Below, piece by piece: positions 28,635 through 37,526 of a DNA stretch of 45,209 nucleotides (the first letter of the stretch is position 1; every line of letters starts with the position of its first letter). A model generated the notes under the pieces. That model was not told the DNA's origin. It saw only the letters and a list, made by a program, of their open reading frames with translations, and did no database searches. This DNA is from an uncultured Chryseobacterium sp. GTDB taxonomy: Bacteria > Bacteroidota > Bacteroidia > Flavobacteriales > Weeksellaceae. The translations under genes and the position numbers were made by a program. The stretch is from contig CAYXUO010000001.1 in the NCBI GenBank assembly GCA_964468335.1, positions 1 through 45,209 on the forward strand, given 5' to 3'.

Positions 28635-29873
28635 ATGACAAATGAGGAGTATCAGCAAGCCGTAGAATGGCTTTTCGTTCAGGCCCCCAATTATCAGATT
28701 GAGGGCAAAAAGGCTTACAAGCCGGGGTTACAAAACATCATGAAGCTCTGTGAGTTTTTCGGTAATCCGCAGGAAAAGATTAAAACCGTACACATTGGCG
28801 GTACTAATGGCAAGGGTTCCACAAGTAATCTGCTTGCCTCGGTATTACAGGAAGCTGGTTACAAAACGGGAATCTATAATTCGCCGCACCTGATTGACTT
28901 TACTGAAAGGATAAAGATTAACGGAGAAAACTGTTCACGGGATTTTGTTTATGGTTTCATTACGAAACTGAAATCGCTGCCCGCAGATATCCGTCCTTCT
29001 TTTTTTGAATTTACCACCGTAATGGCATTTGAGTATTTTCGTCAAAACAACGTGGACCTGGCAATTATTGAAGTGGGTCTGGGCGGCAGGCTGGATTCCA
29101 CCAATATAATTCAGCCGCTTGTGAGCGCAATTACGAATGTTGCACTGGACCACCAAAACATTCTGGGCGAAACAGTGGAAGCCATCGCGATTGAAAAATC
29201 CGGAATCATAAAGAAGTACACACCCATCATTTGTGGAGATGAGAATCCCACGGTAAAAGAGATAATAGGTAAGAAAGCTTTGGAGATGAAGGCTCCGTTT
29301 ACCGATGCTACCGGCGTTCAGACTGCACTTTCCTCAGACCTGAAAGGAAACTATCAGAAGAAAAATATTAAGGTTGCAATTAAGCTGGTGGAAGAACTCC
29401 GGAATCTGGGATTCAGCATCACGCCTGAACATCTGCAATCCGGTTTTCTGAACGTGCATAGTAACACGGGCTTTATTGGACGGTGGTTCAAGTTTTCAGA
29501 AAATCCGCTCACGATTTGCGATACGGCTCATAATCAGGCAGGACTTATGGAAGTTTTTGCTCAATTAAACAGTATGGATTGTCACAAGCACATTGTGTTG
29601 GGTTTTGTTAATGACAAGAAAATTGATGAGGTTCTAAGGATTTTGCCCCCAAACGCATCTTACTATTTTGTGAAACCAAGCATCCGACGGGGGCGAAATC
29701 CGACTGACTACCAGGATTTGCTTGAAAGCACAAGAATAAATTATAAAATTTTTCTAAATGTCCAGGACGGATATAATGCTGCCTTACAAAATGTTAGCGA
29801 GGGAGAAATGATATTTATCGGCGGCAGCAATTTTGTTGTAGGTGATTTTTTAGAAAAAAATTTGCAGAAATAA
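28635..29873 (+). CDS. folC: Dihydrofolate synthase/folylpolyglutamate synthase
   Basis: HIGGTNGKGS, SPHL.DF.ERI, EVGLGGRLDSTN, DTAHN and GGS. Start placed at ATG 28635. Confidence 0.96.
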   Translation: MTNEEYQQAVEWLFVQAPNYQIEGKKAYKPGLQNIMKLCEFFGNPQEKIKTVHIGGTNGKGSTSNLLASVLQEAGYKTGIYNSPHLIDFTERIKINGENCSRDFVYGFITKLKSLPADIRPSFFEFTTVMAFEYFRQNNVDLAIIEVGLGGRLDSTNIIQPLVSAITNVALDHQNILGETVEAIAIEKSGIIKKYTPIICGDENPTVKEIIGKKALEMKAPFTDATGVQTALSSDLKGNYQKKNIKVAIKLVEELRNLGFSITPEHLQSGFLNVHSNTGFIGRWFKFSENPLTICDTAHNQAGLMEVFAQLNSMDCHKHIVLGFVNDKKIDEVLRILPPNASYYFVKPSIRRGRNPTDYQDLLESTRINYKIFLNVQDGYNAALQNVSEGEMIFIGGSNFVVGDFLEKNLQK

Positions 29874-29891
29874 AAAAAGCTTGTATATTTG
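29861..29891 (+). promoter_or_regulatory. Consensus sigma-A promoter of tRNA-Val
   Basis: TTTG (29861-29864), a 19-bp spacer and TATATTTG (29884-29891) match the Bacteroidota -33/-7 consensus. Confidence 0.85.
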
Positions 29892-29926
29892 CAACACCAA
29901 AATTTGAGACATCAAATAACGGTTTA

Positions 29927-30001
29927 GGGCTCTTAGCTCAGTTGGTTCAGAGCATCTGGTTTACACCCAGAGGGTCGGGGGTTCGAATCCCTCAGGGCCC
30001 A
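29927..30001 (+). tRNA. tRNA-Val (anticodon UAC)
   Basis: Cloverleaf with acceptor GGGCTCT/AGGGCCC, D arm GCTC/GAGC, anticodon stem TCTGG/CCAGA with loop TTTACAC (TAC at 29962-29964) and T arm GGGGG-TTCGAAT-CCCTC. CCA is not encoded. Confidence 0.97.
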
Positions 30002-30002
30002 C

Positions 30003-30032
30003 AAAATCTCAGAGAAATCTGAGATTTTTTTT
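30003..30032 (+). terminator. Intrinsic terminator of tRNA-Val
   Basis: AAAATCTCAGA-gaaa-TCTGAGATTTT plus T run. Confidence 0.85.
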
Positions 30033-30090
30033 GCTATAAAATCTGGTTGTTTTAATCCTGCCTTTTGAAACAGCAAACACATTCAAATAA

Positions 30091-30116
30091 AAAACCTCAG
30101 AGCTTTCTGAGGTTTT
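30091..30116 (-). terminator. Intrinsic terminator of the GT9 operon
   Basis: AAAACCTCAGA-gctt-TCTGAGGTTTT just past the GT9 stop. Confidence 0.8.
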
Positions 30117-30120
30117 ATGT

Positions 30121-31086
30121 TTAGAGTTTCTCCAGTATCTGCTGGATGTGGATTTCTTCCAGACAGGCATAATCGCCGCGAAAGCACTCCCGGTCTCCGA
30201 ATACCGAACAGGGCCTGCAGGTAAGATCCTTAACCTGCACAATGTCGTCTTTACTCTGTCCGTATCCCAGAAAGCCGGCAAAATGGTGTGTAGAGCCCCA
30301 AACCGATATGCACCGCGTTCCTGCCAGGCTGGCCAGATGCATGTTGGCCGAATCCATTGAGATCATTACCTCCAGATGGGCTATTCTCTCCAGTTCCTGA
30401 CTCAAAGAAAGTGTACCCGCCAGACTCCTGGTATTTGGAATCTGCTTTTCCCACAGAGCCAGGGTATCTATTTCCTCCTTTCCGCCACCAAAAAAATAAA
30501 CATCTTTTTTCTTCGCCAGTAGTTTGGCCAGTTCATATGATTTTTCCAGCGGCAGCATTTTGCCCATGTGCTGTGCAAAAGGCGCAAACCCTATTCCTGT
30601 CCTAAGTTCGCTTCCCAGCCGCAATGAATGGGATAGGGTGAGCCCGAAACCAAGGGCACGGAAAACATCCGCATAGCGCTCTACAGTTGTCTGCAGGGGT
30701 TGTTTTTCCAGATTCCAGACGTCTGTAAGAATTTCTTTCTCTTCTTTACCTTTATCAATCACCGCTACATTAAATCCTTTTCTGGCAAACTTCCTGTTAA
30801 GGATTTTCGTGCGGATTACATCATGCAGGTCTGCTATATGTGTAGGATTAAATTCGCCGATTAACTGTGTGGCCAGTCTCTGCATACCAAAGAAGCCTTT
30901 GTAGTCGTCCAGATTAATTCCCTTGTAAATAAGATTAGGAATGCCGCTGAAAAGCGGTTTGAAATGCTCACGGGAGACCATGACCAAAGAGAGGTCGGGA
31001 TTTTGCTCCATGAATTCACGAATGACCACTGCCGCCATGGCTACATCGCCAAACGCAGAAAAGCGGTATGCAAGGATGGTGCTCAC
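30121..31086 (-). CDS. Glycosyltransferase family 9 (heptosyltransferase-like)
   Basis: RFSAFGDV, DLH, SMDSANMHLA, WGST and CRPCS...C...C tail. Confidence 0.92.
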   Translation of the reverse strand: MSTILAYRFSAFGDVAMAAVVIREFMEQNPDLSLVMVSREHFKPLFSGIPNLIYKGINLDDYKGFFGMQRLATQLIGEFNPTHIADLHDVIRTKILNRKFARKGFNVAVIDKGKEEKEILTDVWNLEKQPLQTTVERYADVFRALGFGLTLSHSLRLGSELRTGIGFAPFAQHMGKMLPLEKSYELAKLLAKKKDVYFFGGGKEEIDTLALWEKQIPNTRSLAGTLSLSQELERIAHLEVMISMDSANMHLASLAGTRCISVWGSTHHFAGFLGYGQSKDDIVQVKDLTCRPCSVFGDRECFRGDYACLEEIHIQQILEKL

Positions 31087-31502
31087 GATTTAAGCTGATA
31101 TGCTACCGCGTAAAATTTAATTTGCTTGGTCATAGCCATCAGTCCGTTGGCCCTGGAAGGGGAGAGGAATTCCTGCAGTCCAATCCTGGAAATAAAATCG
31201 AAGTCCGAACCGAGTATCTCCTCAGTCGTATGGCCGCTGTAAATAGAGGTAAGTAATGCTACGATACCCTTTGGCAAAATACCGTCGGAATCCGCATTGA
31301 AAAACAGTTTTCCGTCGCTGAAGCTGGCGTCTATCCATACTTTGGACTGGCACCCTTTAATGAGGTTCTCATCAATCCTTTTCTCCTCAGGAAAATTATT
31401 CAACTGCTTACCCAGGTCAATCAGATATTCGTATTTCTGTTCCCAATCTTCCAGAAATTCAAACTCATCAATTAATTCCTGCTGTTTCTCTTTAATTGTC
31501 AT
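31083..31502 (-). CDS. sufE: SufE family Fe-S sulfur acceptor
   Basis: KYEYLIDLG, IKGCQSKVW (active Cys), ADSD and LSPSRANG. An internal TAATTTTG box lies at 31507-31514. Confidence 0.95.
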   Translation of the reverse strand: MTIKEKQQELIDEFEFLEDWEQKYEYLIDLGKQLNNFPEEKRIDENLIKGCQSKVWIDASFSDGKLFFNADSDGILPKGIVALLTSIYSGHTTEEILGSDFDFISRIGLQEFLSPSRANGLMAMTKQIKFYAVAYQLKS

Positions 31503-32581
31503 GCTGCAAAATTAGCGAAAGTGATTCTATGCTCCTCATTCTCCCAGTTCAATGATTCGGCAGCTTTTTGCAGTTCAGACTGATAATGCGGTCTGCCTTT
31601 TTCCAAAACGGTTTTTATTTTTGCGGCTAAATTTTCAGGCTCATGATTCTCCACCATTTCGCCCACTTTAAACTGCCCGTAAACCTTCTTCATTTCTGGG
31701 AAGTTGATCATGACCACCGGAACCCTTGACTGTATATAATCGGCAACTTTGTTGGGGAGCGAATAAAGATAACTTACACCGCCGTTCTCCTCCACACTAA
31801 GTCCGACATCGGCTGTGCGGGTTACTTTGCGTAATTCGTCCGGATGAAGTCTGCCGGTAAAACAGACCTTATCATTTAAACCTTCATCCGCTGCCAGTTT
31901 TTCGTATTCAACACGCATCGGTCCGTCACCGGCAATGATGAGCTTCGCACTGTTTATATAGTGCATCGCGCGGATAGCACTTGGGATGCCGCGTGACTGA
32001 TTGATCACACCCTGATAGAGAATAATTTTAGTCTCGTTTTCTGGGATTGTGATACGGTCTTTGATGATACGGGGTATGTTGCGTACTACTACAGGTTTCA
32101 CTCCATATTCACGTGCAAACCATTCGGCATAACTCTCACTTTCTGTCATCATATACTTCATGCCCGGCACGAGTCTTTGTTCCAGAAACTTCCAGATTTT
32201 CTGTGTCCAGCGACCTTTAACAGAAGGCATCTCCGTGAAGATTTCGTGACTGTCAAAAACCAGCGGAATATTATATTTTCTGGAGATAAGGATGTTGGGA
32301 AGCAGTGCATCCAGATCATTTGCCAAAAGAACGGTGTTATTATCAGTTCTGATATCCAGTTCTCTGTACAGTTTCCACTGGAACTCGGGATAGGCATAAC
32401 GGAGGGCAGTAGATTTCATTGAAATCCTGTGAAAGGGATAAGGTCTTTCCATCTCTCCCGCGCCGCCCCAGTCATTGCCAATCAGCTGAATACTGTACCC
32501 ATTCTCATAAAGGGTCCGGCAAACTTTTTCGATGCGCTGGTCCGTATAAAGGTTGCTGAAAGCAGAAACCAAAACTTTCAT
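31499..32581 (-). CDS. Glycosyltransferase family 4
   Basis: DQRIEK, FDSHE, YQG, GDG and LPNKVADY GT-B motifs. True start is ATG 32581 (MKVLVS); the track extension overlaps the upstream gene. Confidence 0.9.
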   Translation of the reverse strand: MKVLVSAFSNLYTDQRIEKVCRTLYENGYSIQLIGNDWGGAGEMERPYPFHRISMKSTALRYAYPEFQWKLYRELDIRTDNNTVLLANDLDALLPNILISRKYNIPLVFDSHEIFTEMPSVKGRWTQKIWKFLEQRLVPGMKYMMTESESYAEWFAREYGVKPVVVRNIPRIIKDRITIPENETKIILYQGVINQSRGIPSAIRAMHYINSAKLIIAGDGPMRVEYEKLAADEGLNDKVCFTGRLHPDELRKVTRTADVGLSVEENGGVSYLYSLPNKVADYIQSRVPVVMINFPEMKKVYGQFKVGEMVENHEPENLAAKIKTVLEKGRPHYQSELQKAAESLNWENEEHRITFANFAA

Positions 32582-32808
32582 GAGGTTACCTTGTCTTTCT
32601 TCACCAGATGATACAGCTGGACAAAGCACAGGATCGCATTGGGAATGATGACGGGCCACAGCATGCCACTGAAAATTCCATAAATGACAAAAAGTATGCA
32701 TCCGATCATATTGACTAACCTAATCTTCCTTATGTCTTTCAGTATGAAACTCAACACGATAAATACCGAAGCTGCATACCCGCAATAACTGGCAATTTCT
32801 GGGCTCAT
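32578..32808 (-). CDS. Small inner-membrane protein (YgjV-like)
   Basis: Three TMs, GYAAS...LSF...IR.VN.IGC..F..YG...PV...N pattern. TAGATTTG -7 box at 32828-32835. Confidence 0.75.
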   Translation of the reverse strand: MSPEIASYCGYAASVFIVLSFILKDIRKIRLVNMIGCILFVIYGIFSGMLWPVIIPNAILCFVQLYHLVKKDKVTS

Positions 32809-32964
32809 AGATACTGGTTTTGGAGCGCAAATCTAATCATTTCCAGTAAGATAAAAAAAACCGGCCTGCCAGAAAGTCATTATTTGGTTTTTGGTAAAGT
32901 ATTTGTAACTTAGAGTGTGATTAAGGCCGGAATTAGCCGCCTTATGATAAATGAGAACCTAATT

Positions 32965-35487
32965 ATGGATTATAAATTTTCAGATGGTTTGGATAAAGTT
33001 TTCAAACACAGCAAAAGCGAGGCTCGCCGGCTGAAAAGTGAATTCCTGAATACCGAGCACCTGCTTTTGGGAATCTTAAAGACCGAAAACTCAGCCCGTG
33101 AAATACTGCAGAATCTTAATGCAGATCTTACCCAGATCCGCAGGAAGATTGAAACCATGAGTGTTTCCGGAGTCAATGTGCTTAGTGATGAAATACCGAA
33201 CATATCGTTTACTAAACTTGCCGATCAGGCAGTAAAGCGCTCCGAACTGGAATGCCGCCAGTATAAAAGCTCAGAAATTAATACCGTGCATTTATTGCTG
33301 GGTATTCTTTACAAGTTTGAAGATCCAACATCAAGCATTCTAAGTGCTTATGATGTGGATTACGAAGGCGTGTCACGGGAGTACCAACTTATGTTAAAGA
33401 ACTCCGGCGAAACTCCGAAAATGAGTGCGTACGATGATGATGATGAGAGGGAGGATTACGGTCAGATGCGTAAACCGGGAGCAAGTCTGGGCTCGGGTAA
33501 AAGCAAAACTCCAACACTGGATAATTTTGGCCGGGATCTTACCACACTTGCGAAAGACGGTAAGCTTGATCCGGTGATTGGACGGGAAAAAGAAATCGAG
33601 AGGGTTTCTCAGATTCTGTCGCGCCGTAAAAAGAACAACCCGCTGCTCATCGGTGAACCCGGTGTGGGTAAATCCGCAATAGCAGAAGGTCTTGCACTTC
33701 GTATTCACCAGAAAAAGGTTTCGCGTGTTTTGTACGGTAAACGTGTAATAACGCTTGATCTTGCCAGTCTGGTGGCAGGCACAAAGTACAGGGGCCAGTT
33801 TGAGGAAAGAATGAAAGCCATCATGACAGAGCTGGAAAAAAACCGCGACGTGATCCTCTTCATAGATGAACTTCACACCATCGTAGGTGCGGGAAGCTCT
33901 ACAGGCAGCCTGGATGCATCTAATATGTTTAAACCGGCCTTGGCCCGTGGTGAAATTCAATGCATTGGAGCTACAACTTTGGATGAGTACCGGCAGTATA
34001 TCGAGAAAGACGGTGCGCTGGAGAGAAGGTTCCAGAAAGTGATGGTTGAACCAACCTCTATTGATGAGACCATTCAGATTCTGAACCAGATTAAAGATAA
34101 ATACGAAGATCACCACAATGTAACGTATACGGATGAGGCCATTACGGCATGTGTAAATCTGACTTCAAGATATATTACAGACCGCTTCCTGCCGGATAAG
34201 GCTATTGATGCAATGGACGAGGCGGGCTCACGCGTGTACATCAAGAACATGAAGGTGCCCACGGAAATTATTGTTAATGAGAAAAAGATTGAAGAAATCA
34301 AAACTCAGAAACAGCAGGCAGTTAAGGCTCAGGATTATCTTGAGGCGCGTAAACTGAAGGATGAGGAGGAAAGACTTACGCGCGAACTGGCCTCAGCACA
34401 GGAGCAGTGGGATAAAGATGTGAAGGAGAAGAAGGAAGTGGTTAGTGAAGAAAGTGTGGCCGAAGTGGTTTCCATGATGAGCGGCATACCTGTAACCAAG
34501 GTAGGCAAGAATGAACTGGATAAACTGGCCCAGATGGACGATAAGCTGAACGGTAAGGTTATTGGCCAGGCAGATGCGGTGAAGAAGGTGGTGAAAGCCA
34601 TCCAGAGAAACCGTGCGGGGCTTAAAGACCCGAACAGACCTATCGGTACATTTATCTTCCTGGGAACAACCGGTGTAGGTAAGACTGAGCTGGCAAAAGT
34701 GATGGCGCGCGAACTGTTTGACAGCGACGATGCACTGATCCGTATTGACATGAGTGAATATATGGAGAAATTTGCCGTGTCCAGACTGGTAGGTGCGCCT
34801 CCGGGATATGTAGGATATGAAGAAGGCGGACAGCTTACGGAAGCCGTAAGAAGAAAACCCTACGCTGTGCTGCTGCTGGATGAAATCGAAAAAGCGCATC
34901 CGGATGTTTTCAACATATTGCTGCAGATTCTGGACGAAGGTCATATTACCGACAGTTTAGGACGTAAGATTGATTTCAGGAACACGATCATTATCCTTAC
35001 CTCAAACATCGGAACCCGCGATCTTAAAGATTTTGGTGATGGAGTTGGTTTCGGCACTACAGCCAAGAAATCCTCCTCCGACGCGCGTGCCAGAGCAACG
35101 ATAGAGAACGCTCTGAAGAAAGCATTTGCACCAGAATTTCTGAACAGGATTGATGATATTATTATCTTCAACTCTCTTTCCAGGGAAGACATCAAACAGA
35201 TTATTAACCTGGAACTTTCCAAACTTTATGCGAGACTGGAGAAACTCGGTTATTCTGTGGAACTTACAGAAGAGGCGCAGGAATTTATTGCAGAGAAAGG
35301 TTGGGACAAGGACTTTGGTGCACGGCCGCTTAAGCGCGCAATCCAGAAATACATAGAGGATCTGATCGCTGAAATGCTGGTGACCAAACAGATTTCTGAA
35401 GGCCAGACTATCGTTCTGAAACTAAATGAGGAAAAAGATGGTTTAGAGAAGGAGGTAGCGCCCAAAACTAAGAAAGAGAAAGTCTAA
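32965..35487 (+). CDS. clpC: ATP-dependent Clp protease ATP-binding subunit ClpC
   Basis: Clp-N repeats, two AAA+ modules (GEPGVGKS, GTTGVGKT), short UVR middle domain, VGF ClpP-docking loop and GARPLKR. Start placed at ATG 32965. Confidence 0.95.
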   Translation: MDYKFSDGLDKVFKHSKSEARRLKSEFLNTEHLLLGILKTENSAREILQNLNADLTQIRRKIETMSVSGVNVLSDEIPNISFTKLADQAVKRSELECRQYKSSEINTVHLLLGILYKFEDPTSSILSAYDVDYEGVSREYQLMLKNSGETPKMSAYDDDDEREDYGQMRKPGASLGSGKSKTPTLDNFGRDLTTLAKDGKLDPVIGREKEIERVSQILSRRKKNNPLLIGEPGVGKSAIAEGLALRIHQKKVSRVLYGKRVITLDLASLVAGTKYRGQFEERMKAIMTELEKNRDVILFIDELHTIVGAGSSTGSLDASNMFKPALARGEIQCIGATTLDEYRQYIEKDGALERRFQKVMVEPTSIDETIQILNQIKDKYEDHHNVTYTDEAITACVNLTSRYITDRFLPDKAIDAMDEAGSRVYIKNMKVPTEIIVNEKKIEEIKTQKQQAVKAQDYLEARKLKDEEERLTRELASAQEQWDKDVKEKKEVVSEESVAEVVSMMSGIPVTKVGKNELDKLAQMDDKLNGKVIGQADAVKKVVKAIQRNRAGLKDPNRPIGTFIFLGTTGVGKTELAKVMARELFDSDDALIRIDMSEYMEKFAVSRLVGAPPGYVGYEEGGQLTEAVRRKPYAVLLLDEIEKAHPDVFNILLQILDEGHITDSLGRKIDFRNTIIILTSNIGTRDLKDFGDGVGFGTTAKKSSSDARARATIENALKKAFAPEFLNRIDDIIIFNSLSREDIKQIINLELSKLYARLEKLGYSVELTEEAQEFIAEKGWDKDFGARPLKRAIQKYIEDLIAEMLVTKQISEGQTIVLKLNEEKDGLEKEVAPKTKKEKV

Positions 35488-35507
35488 GACTTGATATAAC
35501 AATACTG

Positions 35508-35533
35508 AAGACCGCAGAAATGTGGTCTTTTTT
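35508..35533 (+). terminator. Intrinsic terminator of clpC
   Basis: AAGACCGCA-gaaa-TGTGGTCTT plus T run. Confidence 0.85.
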
Positions 35534-35648
35534 GTGATTAACAGGAAGGATAAGCAGCTTCGGCGTCAATCGCTGTCATGCACAGTATAAATGCCGCGAA
35601 CTGCGCAGATGGTTCCTAAAAACGTAATTTTGCAGAAATTTTATTAAG

Positions 35649-36836
35649 ATGAAGATTGTAGTTGGACTTTCCGGTGGAGTGGATTCTTCGGTGGCAGCGT
35701 ATCTGCTCCAGCAGCAGGGGCACGAGGTTATCGCGCTTTTTATGCGTAACTGGAATGATGCCTCTGTAACCTTAGAGGACGAATGTCCCTGGGTGGAGGA
35801 CAGCAATGATGCACTTATGGTGGCCCAAAAACTGGGGATTCCTTTTCAGGTCATTGATATGAGCGATCTTTATAAAGAGCGGATCGTAGATTATATGTTT
35901 GCCGAATATCAAAACGGGCGTACACCCAATCCGGATATTCTGTGCAACAGGGAAGTGAAATTTGATGTTTTCCTGGAAACTGCTCTTTCCCTGGGTGCCG
36001 ATAAGGTAGCAACCGGTCACTATGCCCGTGTTGATTCGATTGAAAATGGAAACGGCGGGCAAACGTACCGACTTCTGGCAGGTAAGGACAGCAATAAAGA
36101 CCAGTCTTATTTCCTCTGTCAGCTTAATCAGGAGCAACTTTCCAAAGCATTGTTTCCTATCGGTGAACTCACGAAACCTGAAGTGCGAGAAATTGCTAAA
36201 GAGCTTGGTCTGGTTACCGCAGAAAAGAAAGATTCACAGGGACTATGCTTTATTGGTAAGGTGAGTTTGCCTACCTTCCTCCAGCAGCAACTGGTTCCCA
36301 AGGCAGGGGAAATTGTGGAAATCTTTAATGATTTTTATGAATTTCACCGCGAAACTCCTGAGTTTGCCTCAAAGCTTGAAGAATTGGAGTTCCTTTCAGC
36401 CAAGGTAAAATATCAGAAAGAAGATGGTAAAGTGATCGGCACTCATCAGGGTGCACAGTTCTTCACCATAGGGCAAAGCAAAGGTCTCGGAATAGGAGGG
36501 CATAAGGAAAGCTGTTTCATTGTCTCAAGAGATATGGAGCACAATATCATTTATGTAGGTGAAGGCCGAAATTTCCCAGGGCTTTTCCGTAAAGCACTTA
36601 AGATTGAAAATACCGATGTTCACTGGGTGCGCCAGGATCTTCAGCTTAAAAACGGGGAATCCATGCGGCTTCAGGCACGGATCAGGTATAGGCAAACGTT
36701 GGAAGATGCCGTGCTGTATCAGTTTGAGGACGGCCTTTATATGGAGTTCGAACAGCCGCAGTCGGCAATTGCAGAAGGCCAGTTTGCAGCCTGGTATATT
36801 GGGGAGGAACTCTTGGGAAGCGGAGTTATTTCATAA
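35649..36836 (+). CDS. mnmA: tRNA 2-thiouridine(34) synthase
   Basis: SGGVDS PP-loop, [22 protein letters not shown] and DSQGLCF. TAATTTTG -7 box at 35625-35632. Confidence 0.97.
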   Translation: MKIVVGLSGGVDSSVAAYLLQQQGHEVIALFMRNWNDASVTLEDECPWVEDSNDALMVAQKLGIPFQVIDMSDLYKERIVDYMFAEYQNGRTPNPDILCNREVKFDVFLETALSLGADKVATGHYARVDSIENGNGGQTYRLLAGKDSNKDQSYFLCQLNQEQLSKALFPIGELTKPEVREIAKELGLVTAEKKDSQGLCFIGKVSLPTFLQQQLVPKAGEIVEIFNDFYEFHRETPEFASKLEELEFLSAKVKYQKEDGKVIGTHQGAQFFTIGQSKGLGIGGHKESCFIVSRDMEHNIIYVGEGRNFPGLFRKALKIENTDVHWVRQDLQLKNGESMRLQARIRYRQTLEDAVLYQFEDGLYMEFEQPQSAIAEGQFAAWYIGEELLGSGVIS

Positions 36837-36946
36837 GATTCGGTCCGCATCATTAATTACAGAATTTAGATTGATGCTTTCATATTAGCCATTCGGGACT
36901 GAATTCTGTTGTAATTAACGTTAAATTTACCTTTAAAATTATTATA

Positions 36947-37453
36947 ATGAGCAAAACGATTTTATCATTAGCCGGAGTGTTGACATTAGTGCTTACTTCC
37001 TGCTCCACTACGAAGACTTATACCATTGAATCCAAGAGCAATTCTGAGGTTCAGGGAACTGCTGTGTTTACTCAAAAGGGGAAAACTGTAGAACTTGATA
37101 TGAATGTGCTTAAACTAAATCCTAACGGTATTCATGCAGCGCATATCCATGAAAACGGTGACTGCAGCGCTCCCGACGGCAGTTCAGCAGGTGGACACTG
37201 GAATCCAACTTCACATGACCATGGAAAGTGGGGCATGGGTGAGCATCATACCGGCGATTTAGGCAATCTGAAAGCCAATGCCGCAGGGACTTCCAGATTG
37301 GTTATGAAGACTGACAAATGGTGCCTTGGATGCAGCGATCCTGCAAAAAATCTTTACGGAAAATCAATTATCATCCATGCCCAGGCCGATGATTTCAAAA
37401 CTCAGCCTACCGGAAACGCGGGTGGAAGAATTGGTTGTGTGGTAATTAAGTAA
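36947..37453 (+). CDS. sodC: Cu/Zn superoxide dismutase lipoprotein
   Basis: Lipobox LTSC. Metal ligands intact in HIHE, GGHWNP, HDHG, HTGDLGN, IIH and GGRIGC. Confidence 0.93.
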   Translation: MSKTILSLAGVLTLVLTSCSTTKTYTIESKSNSEVQGTAVFTQKGKTVELDMNVLKLNPNGIHAAHIHENGDCSAPDGSSAGGHWNPTSHDHGKWGMGEHHTGDLGNLKANAAGTSRLVMKTDKWCLGCSDPAKNLYGKSIIIHAQADDFKTQPTGNAGGRIGCVVIK

Positions 37454-37470
37454 TCCTTAGCTACTGCTAA

Positions 37471-37512
37471 AAACAAAAAAATCGTCATCTTAAAATGACG
37501 ATTTTTTTGTTT
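37471..37512. terminator. Bidirectional terminator between sodC and prc
   Basis: 18-bp inverted repeat AAACAAAAAAATCGTCAT-cttaaa-ATGACGATTTTTTTGTTT. Confidence 0.88.
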
Positions 37513-37526
37513 GTGATAGTTACCAG

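Noticed and set aside
29927-30120. Genomic island integrated at tRNA-Val
   Set aside because: No integrase and no duplicated tRNA 3' end were seen; core genes resume immediately.
32582-32701. N-terminal extension of the GT4 ORF in the track
   Set aside because: It is an alternative frame of the upstream membrane-protein gene. The ATGA overlap at 32578-32581 marks the real start.
33394-34944. Long antisense ORFs (240, 138 and 183 aa) opposite clpC, and similar ones opposite rnr, alr, prc and others
   Set aside because: They are shadow frames of well-conserved genes with no recognisable motifs.
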